A stretch of DNA of 54,207 nt from Catajapyx aquilonaris (lineage: Eukaryota): positions 1 to 54,207 of the forward strand of contig JYFJ02002599.1 of assembly GCA_000934665.2 (NCBI GenBank). The letters run 5' to 3'. The translations under genes and the position numbers were made by a program. The notes under the pieces are model-generated. The model did not search any database. It saw only the letters and a program-made list of their open reading frames with translations, and was not told the origin of the DNA. This document shows, one piece after another, positions 34,532 to 46,876 of the stretch. Every line of letters starts with the position of its first letter. Within the stretch, counting starts at the first letter, position 1.

Positions 34532-34820
34532 TGAATGTAAAATAATCAGCTGACATGAAATCGCTGCCGAAACAGTATTCAGCATTCCGTCCGTCATGCA
34601 TTCAAAACCACTGCATGAAAGAGTCTAACTGAGTGTTTCCTATTTACTGCCTCATATTGCAGAATTCCAGTCACAGCCTTTTGAATGCTATGGCATGCAC
34701 AATGTTCCTAATGGTCACATAATTTGTCTGCAGGATATGTGAAAAATAAACAAACCTTGCAAATGGAAATTGTCATTATTTTTTGTTAAAATCCTTCTTC
34801 ACTTTACATCCCTTACTCTC

Positions 34821-37800
34821 TCACTTCCATGAGTTGGCCTTATGCTTAGGCAAGAAGACAAAGGAATCTGGTACAGGTCCTAACAGCATTTCACTGAAAG
34901 TAAATACATGGAAATTAATTTTGAACCAGGATGGGAGCCAACTCCTATTATAATTTCAATCAAATGTGTATGCCACATTCAGAGTGTAGCCAATATCTGC
35001 TCTGTACACTGTGGTTACTCCTACAGAGAATTTTTTTTTCCATCTTGCTCATACAAAATACAATATGAATTCCCACATACAAAACTGACCTGATTTTCAC
35101 CCAGTCAGCAGAACTGGTACTGGCCATCAATGTCTCCATGTCATCTCTTCCTCTGTAGAAAGGGGGCCGCTCATTAATTTTTTGAGGGGGATGTTCAAGG
35201 ATGCCCACAGGGATATAGCGGTGAAGGAAAGACAGCCACTCCAGAAGGAATCGACGAGTATTTTCCACACCCTGCGATGAAGACAATAACAATGAACAAA
35301 TTTGTTATGTATTATGCCTCAAAAATAAGTTTAAGTACTTGACAGAAATAACAGCAAACTTGTCACTGTATGCAAAATGTCCTATGGAGACCGTTTCCCC
35401 TATTGAATATATCTATGCACGTGTCTCGACATGATAGTAACAACTAATAGTTACTTGTTGCAATGTGATTATTTTGAATTTTCCATCACTATGTAATCCT
35501 TCAATTTACTTAAATCACATATCACTAATATTGTTCTTTATAAAAACATTATTACCTGCGAGTCACTTCCCCAGTGCTCCAGTCCATGGTTGACATACTT
35601 TTTGAGCATGGCAAACCTCTCCTCAGAGGAGATGTCCCAATGCCTTCTCTCCTTGATCTCAGTGAAGATCCAGGGCTTGATAAGTGCACCCCTGGCCACC
35701 ATGATCCCACACACATCCGTCTCTTTCCTCCTGGCCTCATAGTCCTCATAGCTCAACACATCGCCATTTCCAAATAGGGGGCTTGGAGCAGCCAGTTTGG
35801 CACACTCATTCACATAGTCCCAGTCTGCCTGGCGGGTGTACCTCTGCTCACGAGACCTCCCATGCACTGTCACCAGAGAGGCTCCCCACCCTAAGCAGAG
35901 GGGTGCCAGGCGATGGGCAATGTTGTGGTCCATGTACACCCCTGTACGCATCTTGACGGTCAGGGGCACTGATATAAGGCGGGAAGCGCAATTGACAATG
36001 GCTTGAAGAGGACGCTCACGGCGCATCAATCCACTACCGCCACCCTAAAAAGTAACTTGGGCAATTGACAACTGCTGACTCTAGGGATAACAACATTTGA
36101 CACACCTGCTGATAGACGAGGTCTATTGGACAGCCCAAGTTGAGATCCAGAAAGTCCATTTCAATGTTCTCTTCCAACAATTGAGCACATTTCCCAACAA
36201 CATAGGGATTGTTACCACACAGCTGAGGAATGAATTATTATTATTAATTTAAGTCATTCTTCTCTAGAGAATAGAAGTTGCAGCAAGCCTACCTGGACCC
36301 CAAAAATAGACTCTGAATGATGCCGCTTAACTAGCGCCCACTCTTGCTGGCCACCATGCAGGAGTGATGTGGCCATGGCCATCTCCGAGCAGGTTATATC
36401 TGCTCCATACTCTTTACATATACGGCGGAAGGGAAGGTTGCCCACAGTTGTTAGAGGTGCCAAATACAGCAAATCCTTCCAGTCAATCTGATTCAAATGG
36501 ATGAAAATATAATCTAGCACATGCTCGTTCTTGTCAATTTGATTGTGAAAAATTAGCAGATGCCTATTGTACCTTTTTCTTCTCCTCCTGCCGCAATGGA
36601 ATAGTGTCTTCATCGGTTACAGGTCCTAACTTAGAAGTGGCATCAGCTGTGTTGTCACTAATGTCTTCAGTCTTGACAGTAGATTTTTCCTCGGATTCCT
36701 GAACACATTCATTGACGTTGTTGACTGCAGACTTGCTTTCTGCTTCACGCTGTACTCCTGAAATGAATGCTTGTTAGGACATCACATGTCCAAGCTAATT
36801 TCAGATGCACTTGACACCTGCCTTCAGATATCACTGTCGCATTGGCGTCATCCTTCTTCTTGGGCTTGCAGTTGAACTTGCTGATAAGCCTCTCACTCCG
36901 ACTGAATTCATACTTATGCTTCCTAAGTTGTGTTTGAAGTTCTTTGGACAGCGAGTTGAAAACAAATTGCTTTCCAGCATGCTTGGCGATTAAGTCATGG
37001 TTAATCACATTGAAGTGACCAACAATGTGTTTCTTGCTAAACCTGCAACAAAATTATCTGAATCAATATATAAGGAATAGACATTTGTTTTCAAGTGACT
37101 TCAGCTCATAAATACCTGCATGACAGTCCCCGTGGACATCTCCCATAAGTGTTGAACACATGACACTCCTCTCCGAGGTCGGGCGGCTTACTGGCTAAAA
37201 ATTGGTCCACATCATGCTGGTACGCGCACCCTGGAAATGTGCATGGTTTTGGTTCCTCTCCCTCAGCCACGTCGACCAACGTGGGGCAGAGTCTCTGCGC
37301 AAAAGTCAGTTTCATGGGCGGAGGCCTCTTCTTGTTCTGCCCCTTCAGCTTCTTCTTCTCCTGTCGGGACAGCTTCTGCCTCTTCTCCAGCGGCTCAGAC
37401 GCATCTGCGCCGCCATCCGCTTCCTTCTCCCCATTGTTTTCAACCCGCACCCGCTCAACAACAAGAAACCTGAAACATTGCATGAGTATGAGCTGTACAC
37501 ATTATTTATTTTTCTACGTAGGAATTATTTTTAAAAGTCATGCATACTCTTTCTTGACTTGTGCCTCTCCGGCTTGTCTAGGGCTTGGAGCAGCTTCTGT
37601 CGTTGACTGGTCAGGGCTGGTGTTGTCCTCTGCGGCATCCTGCGAGGGCAAGTCCATTGCTTCCAGCTGATGTGTTACCAGTGGACTTCTTGTGAGCTGG
37701 GCCTACATACACGTGCAGCAACTCAGCAAGGCAAAAAGGCAAAAACGTTGAAAATTTAAAATGATGTCAGTATTAGCAGGTCGCGATACCACCAACTGCA

Positions 37801-37969
37801 ACTCTGAAAATAGTCATGGGTAGCCCTGTTATCGATAGAGTACTGAAACAGAAATATGGCCCAAAAAATGTGTCAAACTTTGTTCGTGTTTTTCCAGATG
37901 CTTTCGGACCACCTTGTACAAGCTTGTTACATATTCTTACCTCCGAAAGGTGCACATTCTCACCTCCAT
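34821..37969 (-). CDS. DUS3L: tRNA-dihydrouridine(47) synthase 3-like, ~658 aa
   Basis: Exons 37969-37964 (tentative; alternative ATG 37657), 37702-37548, 37469-37116, 37042-36822 (GC donor), 36757-36573, 36487-36293, 36222-36106, 36044-35556, 35271-35090, 34893-34821. Two CCCH zinc fingers, [51 protein letters not shown]. Confidence 0.97.
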
Positions 37970-38259
37970 GTTACTGAAAACGGTAGAAATTAATGAGCAA
38001 TGCGGGAAATGTTCAAAAGGCAAAAAAACTTTTATTAACAAAAGCATATTTCATGATAATGATTAAAATTACGATGCGCAAATGTACACAGTATTCTGCT
38101 TTAAAATTTCAAGGATCATTGTTGACAATAACTGCTGCTTAATCAGTATAGGCTACTATAGGCTGAAGAGAAGTTAAAAAATCGCTGGCGACGAAGACCA
38201 TGTCAGTTCTTGTAGTTAAAACGTTCAGTAAAGTGCGCTCCTTCCATTTGACCTGTGCT

Positions 38260-38892
38260 TCACAACGCTCTGAGCTGAACCAACATCTGTCGATTGTCCC
38301 TTCCGACAGGACATGCTGGACAAAACTGCACAAAGAGCCTGAAGAGCCTGTCTCTGATTGCATTTTCGAGGTCGTCGATGAGCCTCACCGTGAACACCAG
38401 GTCATTTGGGGCGTGTATTGGGCTGGATATCTGCACCGGGTCGTATTGGGGTGCGGGTCTCCACCGACAATGCAGCTGCATTCGAAGCACCACCTGGGTC
38501 ATCAGGAGTTCCATCTTGGTGTTGAGGAAACGGGCCTTGAGCCAGTACAGCAGACGTTGTCGGCCGCTGTGTCGGTACGTTGGAGTCGTGTACGTCAACC
38601 ACGCCGTCCTGAACGAATCCACGCACTGTGTATAGACACGCATCATTTGGACAGTGTCATCCGGCTCGGGACAGTGGCAAAAGGTCAAGGCGAGGTTGTA
38701 CTCCCATGGCAGCAGGGAGTCGAACAGAGTGGCCATCATGGCGCAGAAGATTTTGATGGCATCAGGGACAGGTTCCACGGAGTCCAGCTGCCTAATCAGG
38801 TCTTCAGCTTCAGGTAAAATTTTCGGTCAAAAAATTTGCACATTTCTTGGATGATATGTAGAAGGGTACTCACCTTGCTGAAGAAACGACAT
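38260..38892 (-). CDS. Uncharacterised ~188-aa protein, two exons
   Basis: Exon 38892-38874 (MSFLQQ, G|gtgagt) joins an AAG acceptor to 38807-38260 (AEDLIRQLDSVEPVPDAIKIFC...CPACPVGRDNRQMLVQLRAL*). GC-rich third codon positions; AATAAA at 38036-38031. An in-frame upstream ATG near 38997 is possible. Confidence 0.7.
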
Positions 38893-40650
38893 TTCGGTTG
38901 ATAAAACTGTAGTGGCCAGCACCACATTGGTAAATGACTTTGGGCAATGCAAGGCGAGGATGAAGACCAAATTACAATGGGGCCGAATATGGCCCATTGT
39001 GGTGTTGTAGGATGGCGATCTCACACAGTTTCAAGCATGCTTTGAATTTAAAATGTAACATAAATTAGTGAGCATTGAGGTTACTTCTTTTTTTTTGGGG
39101 GGGGGGGNNGGGGGGGGGGGGTTTGTGCAGCAAATTCGTATATGATATTTTCGAACAGTGTGTTATGTGTAAGATATTACAAGTACATACCTTAACAAAT
39201 TTGCATGTTTAGTTACATAAACTCATCGTTTTGGTATCCATTCTGAAAAACAGTATGAAAACAATGTTTCGCTAAATGCAACGAGAATGGCCGGAGAGTT
39301 GATTTGGAGAAATTATTCTATAGAAAAGGAGTGCATAGGTCTGACGAGTAATTGTGACGCAATGACATTAATTTTTTGTGTATGCTACCGTATAATATGA
39401 AAGAGATACAGGGAAGTTGGACTTTTGCACGAGTCTCAGTCAAGTTGGTCTGATGTTTTAATGGACAACGCATACGTGTTTAGTGCAAGATGATTATACC
39501 AAAAGGCAAAACTGATAAGCCTAAGTGACTGTTTAAATATATTAATGATTTCGCAAAACAGTTAGCGTTTTGCAAAATTCCAGCCAGAATAATAATTTAA
39601 CCATAAATGATGAGATTAATAGTTTTATTATTCAGGATGTATGAATTAATAATGATGGATGAAGCAAAAAGTAGCTAGGATGCAAAATTCTTAAACTCTC
39701 GCAGTGACAGGAAAAGAACAAAATGTCAACATTCACACTCCTATCAAGCATTACGTATATAGCCACTGCCAATATTTCGGTGGATCGTTTTGAAACATCA
39801 AGCTCACACTCGACACTCTATCGACTTATGAATGGTATAGGTTGTCAATATGTTATGTGGTTTCAGCCATAATTGATTTAGTTCTTAAAATCTATTCATG
39901 AATGAAAAACTCTGCAATAATACGTGTTTCTGAAGAATCCGAACTGATATGAAAATGCAATAAAAATAATATGTACGCAAATTTAATTTTCTTTCGTGAC
40001 GTGATTGATTTGGAGCAACTTTAATTCTCAAAAATAATGAATGTCAGAACATATTTCCTGAGTACTTCTTAATGTCGAAGGTCTAGAAATTGTTGTATCA
40101 TACGAAGAACTAAAAGGTCTTGTGTCATACAGTATTAGCAGCTGGGCAGACGTTATGTAGGCCGCTATGGGTTTCCAATAGTATTTCAATCGTCAACCTA
40201 TTTTATCCAACTACTGGCTTGGAAAGGGGTGGTAGAGGGGGTTCCTGCTGAATAAGAAATACAACTATTGAGAGAAACGACCCTGGCATGTTTGCAGTAT
40301 AGGAAAATAGACGTGGTTGGGGCAGGTCCCTCAGAGCCAGCTGAACTTTCAATCTTCATTCTTTGGATGTCGTGAACGATAAGGGTTAGATCAGGTTGAA
40401 CCAATCGTCAATCGATATGAAAAAGTCCCGTAATAAGGCACGACAGTCATCAAGTTGTCAGCTTGTAGGAGGCCAAGTGTTCGGCGGAAAGGATCAGTTG
40501 TAGCGTGGCTTTCGTGCAGACCACTCTCGTCATCAGCTGGTTACAGTTCAGTGGGCTGAAGACCATCCCGGAAATGACGTTCATGAAAGGTGGTGCGCGA
40601 AGAAGAGGTCCTCTGATGACCTAGACCTTTTCTTCGGTGTCCAAGGAACA

Positions 40651-43242
40651 ATGTCGGGAAATTTGCTCTGCCTACTGCTGGGACTTGTGTTGGTGGTGGT
40701 GGTGAAGGGTGAATATCGAGACTTTTACTACAACTCCGAATCTTGTGCCAACTTTTTACCCCACCTGACGTCCAACGGAATTGAGAATGGAGCCAGCCTC
40801 CGTCGGATTGATGCTTCCAATGCGCCTTATCGCCTTCTGGCTCCCAGCAGATATCGACGGAAGCAGGACATCACAGGTAATTTCAAAATACGTATTTATC
40901 CCTTCAAAAAGTGGCATGAATTATGGTGTGAGCATTTCAAGTGAAGGAGACAACTAAAGCGACAAATTTTTGGACAGTTTTTGGAAAAATCACACGGTGA
41001 GAACACATCAACACTCTTTCCACATGAGAATCGTCCGTCTTTTTTGGGGATTGAACGCGGAACTTCAGAAGTAGGCTTACTGTATGTGACTTGACCATAC
41101 TACACTACATCATGAAGACTCTTAGCAATAGGGAACATTGTTCAATATTGCATGATAAGATTGAGCTGATAGCAATTGCAGTTGAGCAGATGGTATCATG
41201 TTTGGAGTCAGGCAAAGTTAGGCCGGCTGAGGTGCAATTTGGTTATGATGTTAAGTGCATGCTAATCGCAAAGTTAGTACAAGGTGGGATAACAGCGGAA
41301 CTGCTCCATAAAAGGGGATAAAGTGCCCCTAGCTCTAAAAGTATCTTTGTCACATATGTTTTACAACTTGGATGACATACTGGTAATTATGCATGCTGCT
41401 TTCACGACACAAATGGTGAGTTGGATATTGATAAATTATATGAGGCGATGTAAATTCTTCGAGTCACCACAATGGACAGAATCAAAGGAAAAGATCGCAT
41501 TAATGTTTCTACAAAGAAGTTTCTTCCATTGACCATATAGTTTATAATGGGCTCAGCACTCCTCCCCTGCAAAAAATATGGCTAGTATACCCTGAATAAT
41601 TCAAAAGGACTGGTATCATTTGACTTCGATCTTTGCATGAATGTTTAAGTAACTGCTAGAGGGGGTAGCCTACGTGGAAGGCGGAAGTACCACCACGACA
41701 TGACCTGATCAATAATTGACTTGTGTGTTCCAGTGTCCCTGGAGTCGACCGATACCTTCGAAGCCTTCCTCCTGCAGGCCCGTTCCGTTGGCAGCGGACC
41801 GCAGACCGCAGGAGACACCGACGCCTTTGTGGTCGGACACTTCTGGTCCATTCCTCCGGCTACCTCATACATGCTTTGTCATGACAGAGAAAGCGGTACC
41901 GTCGTCGACAAAGGTCGGCCGATCTTGTTCAGCAACTTGACCTTCTCCTGGAAAGCGCCCTCTGAAGCTGTGGCAGACATACAATTTACGTAAGGCCACA
42001 TGTGGAACACTCAACCTCATATAACATTCTTCAATAAAAAATAAAGGATGATGAGAATTACAGCAATTAATATAAAGTTGCAAAAAACATCGCTTTATGA
42101 CACTTACATGGTACTGTTAATTCAGCAGGAGAATAGGTCACAGACCTTTAATATTTATTATCATTTTCATCGCTGCCATTGTGACAAATTGGCTGAAGCA
42201 ATATTGACATATTCACAGATGCAGCGTTCTGAAAGGCAATTCGTACTGGATCTTGCGGTCGAAGCCAATGAATTACAACCCGTTTCGTAAGTGCACTTAC
42301 GTCATCAAGGTCTGTCTCTGCTTGGTCATATTTTGCAAGTATTTATTGAACTTTGGGTTGCAGCTATTGGAACGCAAGAGTGCGGGACAGCTGTGGGATG
42401 CTTCCGACTCTGTGCTGGAGATTTGGACAGTGGTTGCTCCATGGAGAAAAGCCCCTTGGTTGCTGCTGTGCAAAATACCGGGGAAGGTCCAGAACAAGTA
42501 ATGGTAATCACTCTCGGAGGGAAAATTGCTAACAAGTGGGTGAGTGTTACAAAGTATCAAATTACTTCAGAGAATTCACATGCTTTAGAATAATACAACT
42601 TGAGAGCTGCCAATGTGCACCTTATTTTTCTGTATAGAATTACGTGGCAATGGCCTTTGGAGAAGACCCTGCAGAATTGACAGCATTGGATATAATGGCA
42701 TGCTACGCAAATGACGAGGAAAATGTGGTCGTTGGTCACTTCTTCCTGGAAGAAATAGGAACAACTCCATATCAACATGCTGGGGTATATTCATTCGGGT
42801 TCCCGCCTATAGAACCAGAGATTGACGTGGATTTTTAAAATATTGTAACAGGAAATAGAGCTGGAGGATTCGTATTACGACGGGCAGAGTGTGTGGTGTC
42901 GCTTTCGTCGGCCTGTGTCCAGCTCAGACACAACGTCGATCAACATGGAGCGGTCGCTGAATTATTTCTTTTTCGTGGGCAACAGAGACGAAGACAGTAA
43001 GAGATATATTTACGAAAGTAAGTCATGACCTACTTGATTTGACGGACTTGCAATTTATTTCAGCCATTTACATTCCCGGGAGATACAAAATCCAAAAACT
43101 GAGCGCCAGAAGGAACGTGACGGACGTTTTCAACGAAATACGAAACGGAGCAACTCAATGCGGACCTCAAAGCAATGGGTTTTTAGCCCTGGTCTTGGTA
43201 GGAACATTCTTAGGTATTGGCTCCTTCTTACTCCGCGAATAA
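40651..43242 (+). CDS. Reeler + DOMON domain protein (FRRS1/SDR2-related, no cytochrome b561), ~398 aa, seven exons
   Basis: Exons 40651-40876, 41734-41989, 42219-42286, 42364-42539, 42638-42784, 42852-42996, 43064-43242. Signal peptide; Reeler motifs (APY, FEAFLLQAR, VGHF, FSWKAP); linker ECGTAVGCF; DOMON (YVAMAFG, DIMAC, VWCRFRRP); hydrophobic C-terminus. Confidence 0.88.
40980..41110 (-). mobile_element. Degenerate tRNA-derived SINE fragment
   Basis: Minus-strand B-box-like GTTCAATCCCC followed by a decayed V-domain-like segment (acacggtgagaacac on +). Confidence 0.4.
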
Positions 43243-44388
43243 AAATTATTTCAAAGCAATATTTTAAATTACCCTTAATTTTCGGAAATGCAGTGAGCAA
43301 ACTTATATGCCTTAGTACAAAGAGTTGTGAATATTCAGGAATATTTTATTTTTCTCATTTTATTGCTTACAAGTTATCGCACTCCCTCACCAAAAAGGTG
43401 AAGCAATTCATAGTATCTGCTGCACATGTGATATGGGTGGCATATGCGAAATCGATGTCGCTACTTCAAAGGCTTATACATCGTTTGTATCAAAGTAAAA
43501 AAAAGTAGTGGACTCCGCTGGAAACTGCCTAATAATATTTTTATGCAAATTGTAGACCGTAGATATTGCTTATACGACGGTACATGACTGTTGCTGCTAG
43601 TAACATGTAATAAAGTAGGCTGCAGAAATAAATGTGTCAGTAGTTCGCCGTATGTATAACTGACGTTATTAATAAACAACATGGACATCAGATGTACACG
43701 CATTTCATGTGCAGTGTAATAATGGTCTTATGTTATTACCAGTAGGTCTATACTAAACTGTAGGTGAGGAGCACTAAAAGACCTACCATGCACATCTGAG
43801 ATTGTAAAAAAAAAGTTGTATTAAAATAACGTAACAAAAACAATATAATTGTGTAAGTAAAAATCAACCCTACAACCACACTGTTTGACCGTAAATTTTA
43901 AAACATTTCAATAACAAGTTACGACCACAGACCCTAGTAAGGTCTACACTAGTGACATTTACACTCTTCTGACAAAATTGCCAACTTTTGCACCAAATAT
44001 TTTAAAAGCGTCCGTTATAACTACGGACACCACAAAATTTTCGGACAAAACTACTCAACTAATTCAAAGGCGATCATCACATTCCTCATTATTCAAATTG
44101 CCTTCTTCATGACGATAATTTAAACAAATTGGCAAATTTGTGCCATAAACTAATAATGAGCTCATTTGAACCTTCCTGTTGCAAAAGTTGGTAATGGCTA
44201 TAAAGTATAATCTCTCAATTGCGATTTACCTCGTAAATTGCAATTCATCCTCATAGACTTCATTACACTTTGTGAGCAAGACATCATTCCACGTGTATAA
44301 TATACGGTAATGACATGGTGATATGTCCTAAAATGTCACTCTTTTTGGAGATACCTGAAAACTTGTCCTATAAAGTATGACTTCAATC

Positions 44389-46833
44389 TTATTCGTTTAA
44401 GTTCAGAGTACTGTTAGTTTTCCTCAGTTGTGCTCGCCAGGGAATAATGGGCTGATCATCCATTTCATCCTCACTGGAAGACTTGGACTGGGTTTCTTGC
44501 TCGTTTTGGGTCGTTTCGCCGTTTTCTTTAGCTGGCGACCCGTTCGCTTGATCTTCCTGGCTCTTACTGTCATCCAGAGACAATGCGGTGAATAGATTCG
44601 GGTGAGATCTGCAACGATTATTCGGCAACATTAGAGACAATAAGTGCATTGAGTGTTGTGCCTTGTTTACCGCGTGGTTTCAGTTCCTTTCTTCTGAAGC
44701 AGTTGCCTCTTCCAAGCTGGAATGGCCTGAATGCGACGCTCCTCTCTTTCCTTCAGTATCCTGTCTTCAGCTTCTTGTCGCGCTTTTTCTGCAGCCTTCT
44801 TCGCCATCATTAGTCGTTTCCATATTGGAATTGTAGTGCCGGCCGAGTCAGCCTCTGGTATCTAAAATGACAGCTTATTAGTCGCATGTACCGGTGCTGA
44901 TAACATGTGCATAGTACCTTGCTGATGAAGTTTTCGGCTGTGAACTGTTTTAAAAAGTCATCTTCTGCCACTCTACCATGCTTGGTCTGGACTTGCATTT
45001 TCTCGTGCTTCAGTTTTTTGATGCCGTCTATGTCCTTGGACAGTTTGAGTTCGGCAATGAGGTCATCCTTCTGAAGTACCAACGCACACTCCTTGTCTGC
45101 AATTACATCCAATAATTATGTAAAAAGCAACCCGGCTGCCCCATCAATTACCGAAAAAAAACTTACCCAACAGGTCAGTCTTGATGACAGGTGCTGACAA
45201 CGTCTTGGTCACCTTGTTGTCAGTCCTTCGCAGTTGAACACTATTGAGCTCTCGTACACTGATGGCGGAGAGAAGTTGAGGTGACGGAGGTGCGCTGGAT
45301 GCAATAGGAGGAGGCGGCATCGGAGGCGCCGCGGGCGTCGGTGGTGGCGCAGGCGCCGCAGGGCCTTCCGACTCTGGTATTGCAGGCAACACATTCACAA
45401 ACCCAGCGTATTTACCTTCTTCTTGATCTTTGTCGTCAGCGATGGGTGCCGCCCTACTATTAAAGACATAACAGCTAACAATCCATTACACATTCCATCA
45501 TAAATATTATTTTAGGTATGATAGTCTACAGGTGATGCATTGCCCAAGTGCCCAGGGTGCCCCAAAAATTAGTTTTAAATATATGAATCCATTTGTGGTT
45601 ATTGCTTTTTTTTAAATGTGATATAGTGGGAGCAAACAATTCAGAACTCATAAAACTTCTGAGGACTTGACAGCTCACCTGCATTGCGAACCGGGTAAAA
45701 AACGTTGACATTACGAAGTTACCTGTCTTATCTTTCCCATAAGAGACTTGGTTTCACTTTTATTATAGCCCGGCTAGATCACCTGGGGTCAGCTAATTGT
45801 TATTTAAAATTTTGACAACAACTAGGCTAACAAGAAAGACCTGGCCTTAATGTTACGTCTTATCTACATTATTTCCCGCAAGATCTATTTTGTCGGGAAG
45901 ATCGTGTAACTTCGTGAGGTCAACGTCAACCGGTCCAACTGTACCTGTTAGGCGGCGAAGGAGGAGAATTTGAGGATTTGTTTCCGATGGTTTTGAGATA
46001 CTCTGAAGGCTTGATGAGAGTGTCTTCTTCGCAAGGGTTTGGAAATTTTGGAGGTATGAATGAGGACATCAACTGGTGTCTAATCAAGTGCTGCTTAGAA
46101 AAGTGTGGACCGCCCTCCTCTTTCGGGACATCTCCATTAGGACCACGGTCGTAGCCGTTTCCGTCCTGTTGCTCTGGAGGGTCATCCAGTTCCAAGACTG
46201 CTGCGAAGGCCTCGTCCACTGCGCTGAGGGAACTTGAACGACTTCTCCTCGACACTCGCTTGCCTCCTGGACAAAACGGGAAAGGATCGTGGGTCAGTGT
46301 GTCTCTTGGATCAACCCCTGGAATTCTCGTTCAGTAAAAATGCTCTAGTGTTTTCTCGCCCACTACTGGTTTTATTTTTGGGAGATATTTTGCCATACAA
46401 TATTGCCAGAAAAATGCCCTTCAACTTGTATCTGGTTAGTAAATGTACTGTCTACTCTTCTCAATTATTTTTGAGTGGCCATTCCCTGGCCTACACACGT
46501 GAAATAGCGCCAGTTAACTTTGTGTGGAATTTTTCTTTTCTCTTTCTCATAAACTCAATACTGTTAGATTGATGTAAGAGTGGCGAATGAAGTGGAAGAA
46601 AAGTTACCGTAAGAATTGCTTGAATTGTGTTAAACTGGCGCTATTTCTAGGGTATAGGGAGGGTAAAATCCATTCATATTGAGTGGAAACCTTTCAAAAT
46701 AATTCAGAAAATAGTTATGCAAGGTGATAAGTTTTTAGCAAAAATGTTAAAATGGCGGAATGAGTATTGGTAAGCTAATATCTTGGTTAGTGTTTGCATT
46801 TGACAAAAAATCTATTTCCCACTGAATACATAA

Positions 46834-46876
<43 letters not shown>

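Noticed and set aside
38200..38817. 205-aa plus-strand ORF, and similar long ORFs at 7074-7538, 12891-13271, 14938-15363, 37239-37670, 53503-54057
   Set aside because: Antisense shadows of GC-rich minus-strand coding exons with no motifs of their own.
39088..39125. Poly-T/poly-G tract with Ns
   Set aside because: Homopolymer with assembly ambiguity (39108-39109); not interpretable.
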